Shown: positions 57,318 to 64,000 of the stretch, piece after piece
Layout of the letters: each line of letters opens with the position of its first letter
How positions within the stretch are numbered: position 1 is the stretch's first letter
Origin: Octopus bimaculoides
Lineage: Eukaryota
Assembly (NCBI RefSeq): GCF_001194135.2
Contig: NC_068999.1
Coordinates: 47,622,020-47,686,019 of the forward strand
Length of the DNA stretch: 64,000 nucleotides
Direction of reading: 5' to 3'
Notes under the pieces: model-generated
The model's database searches: none
The model's input: only the letters and a program-made list of their open reading frames with translations
Told to the model about the DNA's origin: nothing
Made by a program: the position numbers and the translations under genes

Positions 57318-58031
57318 CATGCGTATACACATGTATATACATTAATACACACACACACACACACACACACAAATAAATGCCATAATATATTCATCTAAAC
57401 CATATGCTAGCTTGAAAAAATGGACTTAAAAAGAACCACTGAACTGTTCTGTTGCAACTTTCACCTGCAGATTTTTTAAGCATTTCTGTAATCTAAAAAT
57501 GTTCAATAATAAGTTTGAAAATACAAAGAGATTTTCTGATGTTTAAAAATTTAAATATAAACATATTTATATATATATAAATAACAAGAATTTTCCTCTA
57601 AAGGTAATTTCCTCATACTTATTCGTTAAGTGATATTTTCCAAGAAATTTTAATGATCCCTATATTTATTTGCAGTTTCTCTTACATTCAATTTCATCAC
57701 AATCCTGGAATATTTTATGTTCTTTTATAAATTTTGTCGAGAGATATATGAATTTACTACAAGATATCTTCAAACTTCAATAAATGGTTAATAAACCCTT
57801 ATATATGGAAATAAAATTTATCTTCACCAAAAACAAAAAAATCTTTTGCAATGTTTAAAATTCTAAGATTAAAATAAATCTGTGTTTTGTCTCAGAATAT
57901 ATTTGGGATTATAAAAAAAGCGGGGGGAAAAAAATGCTTAAAACTTAATTATTGCTTGATTTATGAGATTGGCAAGAAAATCAGCTCTGGTATTAATTAA
58001 ATGGGTTTCTTTAATTATTCCAAATAACAAG

Positions 58032-58258
58032 TTAACCCTTTGCCTGTCAAAAGCTTTTTCATAATTTTGCCCTAAACATCCATGCTTGATCTCAGACTCT
58101 AACTTGGCCCTTGTTTTATACATTCCCAGTAATATAAAGCTTTCCAAGTTACTCTATGGTTGAAAAAAATTGGGAATGTATATCATATATGATGCATGGA
58201 CGCTAGGGAAATTTGTTGTGTGTATTGCATATGATACACAGGACAGGCAGAGGGTTAA
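58032..58258. mobile_element. TTAA/piggyBac-type MITE just downstream of the kazrin stop codon
   Basis: TTAA|CCCTTTGCCTGTC ... GACAGGCAGAGGG|TTAA. Confidence 0.85.
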
Positions 58259-58491
58259 ATATAGTTATCAGCTTATGGTATTTATTAGTTCTCATATTGG
58301 TTATGAATATTTCAAGTTGAAAGAATATAACAAACTAAAAATGTGGCCAAAGAAAAAAAAAAAAAAGAACAGCTTTGGGTCTAACACAATGTTGGTTATC
58401 TTAGTACTTAGCTACTAGTTTTAATTCTGTTGTAACAAGTAGAAAGGATTAAAGAATTGCACATGAATTTGATAGCCTGCCTTTGACACTA

Positions 58492-58653
58492 TCACACGGC
58501 TGTAGATGAGAAATCAAGAGGACTTGATTGGTTTTGTTGTGTTGCTACTGGATCCATGATTTTTTGTTTAATGCTTACTGGTGTGTCAATACTATTGTTA
58601 TCCTTAGATTCAAAGTGTTTGCTTTTCCGACTGAATGCTTTCCCAAGAGATCC
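58492..58653 (-). CDS. KAZN: Kazrin terminal exon (GSLGKAFSRKSK...DFSSTAV*)
   Basis: Polypyrimidine ctctag acceptor; 54 codons to TGA. Confidence 0.78.
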   Translation of the reverse strand, partial: GSLGKAFSRKSKHFESKDNNSIDTPVSIKQKIMDPVATQQNQSSPLDFSSTAV

Positions 58654-60951
58654 CTAGAGAAAAGAGGAAAAAAAAAAACTCTTTAAAACATGTGCTCAGA
58701 GCCTGAGATAACTTGGAGACACTAGGCATGTTATTAAAACCTGCCTAGAAAATATCTCCAATGTATGAAACTATTAGTAGCTCAAACTATAAACAATGTA
58801 TATTAAACAATATTTATCACTCACTGGATGGAGTACATTTTTTGTTGATATTACCTTAAGGGAAAAGTAACCTTCATATATATATTTATTTCAATCACTG
58901 AGCAATAAACTGTGCTTAAGAAGAACTGCTGAGTCAAGTGAAATCATTGTCTTGGCTGATGCCAATCCTGCCTGACTGGCTCCTGTGTTGGTGGCACATA
59001 AAAAGCACCATTTGAGCATGGTCATTGCCAGTGCCACCTGATTGGCTCCTGCGCCAGTGGCATGTAAAAGGCACCATTGGAGCATGGTCATTGCCAGTAC
59101 CTCCTGACTGGCCCTTGTGTCGGTGGCACGTAAAAAGCACCCACTACACTCTTGGAGTGGTTCGCATTAGGAAGGCCATCAAGCTGTAGAAATCTTGCCA
59201 AATCAGATTGGAGCCTGGTACAGCCTCCCAGTCAAACTGTCCAACCCATGCCAGCATGGAAAGTGGACGTTAAACGATGACGACAACGATGAGGAGTGTG
59301 TGTTTGCACATACCTTGTCTTGGCATCATGTGATGGCTGCATACAAGCAACACTATCACACAAATAATGTTACTTATTCCTAGTCTTCCGTGACTAGAAA
59401 CAGATACGTTTTACCACCTCTACTATGATCTTGATAAAAATATAGCTTTACAAATGACTGATAAAGATGAATATCTTACCCTAATACTCATTCGGGGCTT
59501 GGGAGTGAGATCATCAATACTTGTGGTAGAGCGGAAAGATCGAGTAAACGTTCGGCCAAGAGATCCTCCACCGGATTTTCTTTTTAGACCTGTAATTTCT
59601 AGCTCCTCCCTGAAATGGAAAATATAGATTATCTAATTAATTAAAGTTGATAACCAAGACATTAAGAGCTGTACAATGTGATCTATAATAAGTAGTGTGG
59701 CTGTGTGGTAAGAGGTGTGCTTCTTGACGACATGGTTCCAGGTTCAGTCCCACACTGTGTAGTAACTTGAGCAAGTTACTTGGAGTACAGTCCTGGGCCA
59801 AATGAAACCTTGTGCGTGGATTTCGTAGAAGGAAACTGTAAGAAGCCCATCATACATATGTATGTGTGTTGTATATGTTTCTTTGTGCCAGTGTTTGTCT
59901 CCCACCACCACTTGACAACTGGTGTTGGTATGTTTATGTTCCTGTAACTAAGTGATTTGGGAAAAAAGACCAAGAGAATAAGTTCCAAGCTTTAAAAAAT
60001 AAGTAATGAGTCATGGAGTCAATTTATTCAGCTGAAATCCTGTAAAGTGGTCGGCATTAGGAAGGGCATACAGCCATAGAAACTATGCCAAAGCAGACAG
60101 CGGAGCTTGGTTGCAGTCTTCTGACTGGCAAGCGCCTATCAAACTGTCCAGCCCATACCAGCAATGAAGGATGCTCCGATTGCCATGGTCACCTCCAACA
60201 ATGACAATATATATGTAAACCACTGGCTTCTTTCAGTTTCCATCCACCAGTTGTACCCACAAGGCTTTGGTTAGACTGAGGTTTTAGCAGAACAGGTGCC
60301 ATACAGTGAGACTGAACACAAACATATATATATACACACACACACACATATGTATGTGTGCGTATATGTTTGTGTGTCTGTGTTTGTCCTGCCCACCATC
60401 GCTTGATAACCGATGCTGGTACGTTTATGTCCCCATAACTTAGCAGTTCGGCCAAAAGAGACCAATAGTACAAGTACTAGGCTTACAAAGAATAAGTCCT
60501 GGGGTCGATTTGCTCGACTAAAGGTGGCGCTCCAGCATGGCCGCAGTCAAATGAATTTTTCCCCATGAGAAACCTAAACATCAGGGACTGAAAAATAATT
60601 TCTAACAGATATACTTACCTTGCAGGCTTTATAAGGGCTTCAAGTTCTGAAACAAGATGACGCCGGACATAAGATTTAGATGGAGGGATTCCTAATGCTG
60701 TTGCAAGCGTCTCTGCAGTAAATGATGGTTCCATAACAATTAGTGCTCCATGAACTCCAGTTTCCTTCAGTTTGTCAGCATATTCCTGTTTTGGAGAGAA
60801 ACATATTTTTCAAATTTTATTATTACAAACAAGTGATACAGTCATTGTATATCAATCAATTAAACAAAAAATGAGTATAAGGCACTGGGTTTGATGTAAT
60901 CGACTTTTCCCCTCCCCCGAAATTGGTGACCTTGTGCCAAAATTTGAAATC

Positions 60952-60983
<32 letters not shown>

Positions 60984-62588
60984 GATAGAGGGCAACGTGG
61001 CAGATTCATTAGCATTGCCAGACAAAATGCTTAGCAGCATTTCTTCCTGCTCTTTATGTTCTAGGTTCAAATTCTGCAACAGTCAACTTTGCTTTTCATT
61101 CTTTCAGAGTTGGTAATATAAGTATTAATCAAGTCCTGAAGATGATGTAACTGACTTACCCTCTCCCTCTCAAAATTGCTGGCCTTGTACCAAAATTTAA
61201 AACTACTACTACTACTACTACTACTATAATTAATATTGATAATTTATTCAAAGGATAAAAAGTTGATTTCAATGAGTTTTGAACATAGAAATTAAAGGGA
61301 CATAACCAAATACTGCATGCAAGTTTTTTTATTTTTTTCCTGAACCACTAAGAATACCTTGCCACTAAATATTGCAGGTCATAAAATATAGTACCAGACA
61401 TATTCTGTGGGTTAGATATAATACATTTCACCCCAGAGGGATGTCTGTGAAATACACTCTAGCATTCAAGAATACACTTCAATATTCAAGAATGCACTTT
61501 GACATTCAAGAAGACACTTTGACATCCAAAAAAGACATTGACATTCAAGAAAACATCTTGACATTTAAAAAGACACTCTGACATTCAAGAAAACACATTG
61601 ACATTTAAGAAACACATTGACATTCAAGAAGACATTTCACTGAGTTGGAAGAAATGTTAGCCTGCCGGGTGAAATGCTTAGCAGTATTTCATCTGCCGTT
61701 ACATTCTGAGTTCAAATTCCACCAAGGTCAATTAAATAAGTACCAGTCACACATTGGGGTCAATGTAATCGATTTAAATCCCTTTGTCTGTCCTTGTTTG
61801 TCCCCTCTATCTTTAGCCCCTTTGTGGGCAATAAAGAGATAAATATTCAAGAAGACACTAGGACATTCAAGAATACGCTTCTGATGGAACAGAAAGATAA
61901 CACAAAAACAGACAGTCCACAAGTGAACACTGAGAAACAAAGAAACAAACNNNNNNNNNNNNNNNNNNNNNNNNNNNNNNNNNNNNNNNNNNNNNNNNNN
62001 NNNNNNNNNNNNNNNNNNNNNNNNNNNNNNNNNNNNNNNNNNNNNNNNNNNNNNNNNNNNNNNNNNNNNNNNNNNNNNNNNNNNNNNNNNNNNNNNNNNN
62101 NNNNNNNNNNNNNNNNNNNNNNNNNNNNNNNNNNNNNNNNNNNNNNNNNNNNNNNNNNNNNNNNNNNNNNNNNNNNNNNNNNNNNNNNNNNNNNNNNNNN
62201 NNNNNNNNNNNNNNNNNNNNNNNNNNNNNNNNNNNNNNNNNNNNNNNNNNNNNNNNNNNNNNNNNNNNNNNNNNNNNNNNNNNNNNNNNNNNNNNNNNNN
62301 NNNNNNNNNNNNNNNNNNNNNNNNNNNNNNNNNNNNNNNNNNNNNNNNNNNNNNNNNNNNNNNNNNNNNNNNNNNNNNNNNNNNNNNNNNNNNNNNNNNN
62401 NNNNNNNNNNNNNNNNNNNNNNNNNNNNNNNNNNNNNNNNNNNNNNNNNNNNNNNNNNNNNNNNNNNNNNNNNNNNNNNNNNNNNNNNNNNNNNNNNNNN
62501 NNNNNACATGTCTCAAGGAACCCCTGTACAAAAAAATTATATACTATATCTTTCTCATATTTTTCATCATAGTTCACGTGGTAAATAT

Positions 62589-62619
<31 letters not shown>

Positions 62620-63385
62620 GGTTAGATAATTAATATGTTGTGCATGTATAATATTACAAACATGAAATTAGCATGTCTCACTCTTTCTTGCAGAACCCCT
62701 AGGAACCTTTTGCAGAACCCTAGGGTTCCAGGGAACCTTGGTTGAGAAACGTTGGGTTAGAGATAACCTTAACAAGTGATGAAGTAATTATATTATGGAA
62801 GAGCTATTCAAACTGTTAAATAGCACATAAAAACTAATGCTGTCTTCTGTACCATCACCAATGGCTTCAGTACCACCAATTGTTTTTTGAAAGCAATGTT
62901 GGTACCACAAAAAATAAAAAGAAAAAGAAAAATGCACTCAGCTCATGCTGTGAGGTGGTTGGCATTAGGAAAGGTATCCAGTTACAGAAACACTGCCAAA
63001 GCAGACACTGGTACACAAAGCAATTCTCAGGCCCCTCAGATTCTGTCAAACCATCTAACCAATGACAGCATAGAACACTGGTGTTAAATGATGATGATGA
63101 TGATGATTATGATGACAATGATGATGGTGAGAAAGAACAGAGATACTTACTTCTTTGTCAAAATCTAAAGACCTCAGAAGTTCGATTCCATGAAGTATAC
63201 TGGCATGATGAAATTTGCGATGAATAGCAAAATACTTCTCCAAATCTTTTTTGGTCAAATTATTTAACATGCGACCATCAACTAATTGTAATTCAAATGT
63301 TGCTTTATACTGAGACAAACCGAGGTCTGGAATCCATCTTTCAGAGACCCAATTATGGTCGATTTCAACAGCTTTGAGATATTTC
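58492..63385 (-). CDS. KAZN: Kazrin-like protein, 3' part (SAM2, SAM3, C-terminus); gene continues beyond the window end
   Basis: Exons 63151-63385, 60619-60785, 59480-59609, 58492-58653. Motifs DHNWVSERWIPDLGLSQY, LVDGRMLNNLTKKDLEKY and EYADKLKETGVHGALIVMEPSFTAETLATALGIP are typical of kazrin/liprin SAM domains. The GSLGKAFS tail and single C-terminal TxV fit kazrin. Confidence 0.85.
58915..59290 (+). mobile_element. SINE family C copy with three internal repeat units
   Basis: Reverse complement of the 16921-17245 type; ends GGACGTTAAACGATGACGAC. Confidence 0.82.
59480..59609 (-). CDS. KAZN: Kazrin exon (EELEITGLKRKSGGGSLGRTFTRSF...RMSIR)
   Basis: tttcag acceptor, GTAAGA donor; phase 2 to phase 0 fits. 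Confidence 0.85.
60619..60785 (-). CDS. KAZN: Kazrin SAM3 exon (EYADKLKETGVHGAL...RRHLVSELEALIKPA)
   Basis: aaaacag acceptor, GTAAGT donor. Confidence 0.92.
61451..61878. repeat. 19-20 bp minisatellite (GACATTCAAGAA core) split by a SINE
   Basis: About 9 units before 61640 and 2 units after 61841. Confidence 0.85.
61643..61842 (+). mobile_element. SINE family A copy inserted in a 20-bp minisatellite
   Basis: Collinear with 10134-10372. Confidence 0.85.
61951..62505. other. Assembly gap (others: 3108-3171, 14116-14670, 30644-30743, 47472-47481, 49384-49629, 51569-51802, 53528-53923)
   Basis: Runs of N. Confidence 0.99.
62506..62752 (-). mobile_element. Probable hAT-type MITE running into the gap
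   Basis: GTTTCTCAACC terminus and repeated GGGTTCC/GGAACCC motifs. Confidence 0.55.
63151..63385 (-). CDS. KAZN: Kazrin SAM2 exon
   Basis: ttcacag acceptor, GAA|GTAAGT donor; ORF track 63055-63318. Confidence 0.92.
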
Positions 63386-63969
63386 CTGTGAATATAAAGT
63401 TTTTGAAAATAATCACCATTAATCCAACAGAATTAATAAAACAGTTTTTTATGTTTTTAAATGAAGCAAAACAAGAAAATATCTTAGAATAAAAGTTTCT
63501 ATAAAAGACCTATACAAATTTTCAAAGCAGATTTTTTTTTTTGATCTTCTTTGGAAAATTTTTATGGGGCTTTTTAATTTCAGTATTTCTTTTCCTCTCA
63601 AGAAATACAAGGTTGCGCAGTCACTGCATGAAGAAGTTTTACTAGAGCAGAATGAGGGTGGATGATAGTGGCTCATATAAAATTTGGAAAGAAGGATTCT
63701 AGTGTTTGGCTGTAGCTGTGTATGGAAGAACACTTTCATAAATAGAATTCACATAAATAATTTTTTTTTTATTGTTATCTTTTCTTTGTTTCAGTCATTA
63801 GATTGCGGCCATGCTGGAGCACCATGTTTAGTCGAAGAGATCAACCTCAGGACTTATTCTTTATAAGCCTAGTACTTATTCCATCGGTCTTTTTTTCCGA
63901 ACCAGTGAGTTACAGGGATGTAAACACATCAACCTCGGTTGTCAAGCGATGGCGGAGGGACAAAGACTG

Positions 63970-64000
<31 letters not shown>

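Noticed and set aside
62506-62523. Acceptor-like tttgtacag|GGGTTCCTTGAG next to the gap as the start of the missing kazrin exon
   Set aside because: GFLETC does not resemble the expected sequence, and the segment is part of the GGGTTCC-repeat MITE.

Overview
AT-rich, repeat- and microsatellite-dense animal genomic DNA with 8 N-gaps. The SINE/MITE/microsatellite landscape suggests an octopus (inference). I reconstructed three intron-containing protein-coding genes by hand from GT-AG sites and reading-frame phase. (1) USP6NL/RN-tre-like TBC RabGAP, + strand, 13 coding exons, 3423-26800, 657 aa, downstream of a CpG-rich promoter at about 370-470. (2) TSNAXIP1-like gene, - strand, 14 coding exons, 47050-30095, 664 aa, tail-to-tail with USP6NL and with an RFX X-box in its promoter. 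(3) The 3' end of a kazrin-like gene, - strand, covering SAM2, SAM3 and the C-terminal exons; one expected exon probably lies in an assembly gap. Introns and spacers contain at least four SINE families, TTAA-flanked piggyBac-type MITEs, Tc1 and mariner fossils, Helitron 3' ends, and RTE and R4/Dong-type LINE fragments. The most notable observations are a type I hammerhead ribozyme fold with an intact core at 56139-56183 plus four more degenerate hammerhead motifs, an RTE LINE with a twin-priming-type 5' inversion, a perfect 19-bp inverted repeat bracketing the TSNAXIP1 promoter, and a 4-nt first coding exon overlapped by a uORF. Family assignments come from remembered protein motifs, not from database searches.
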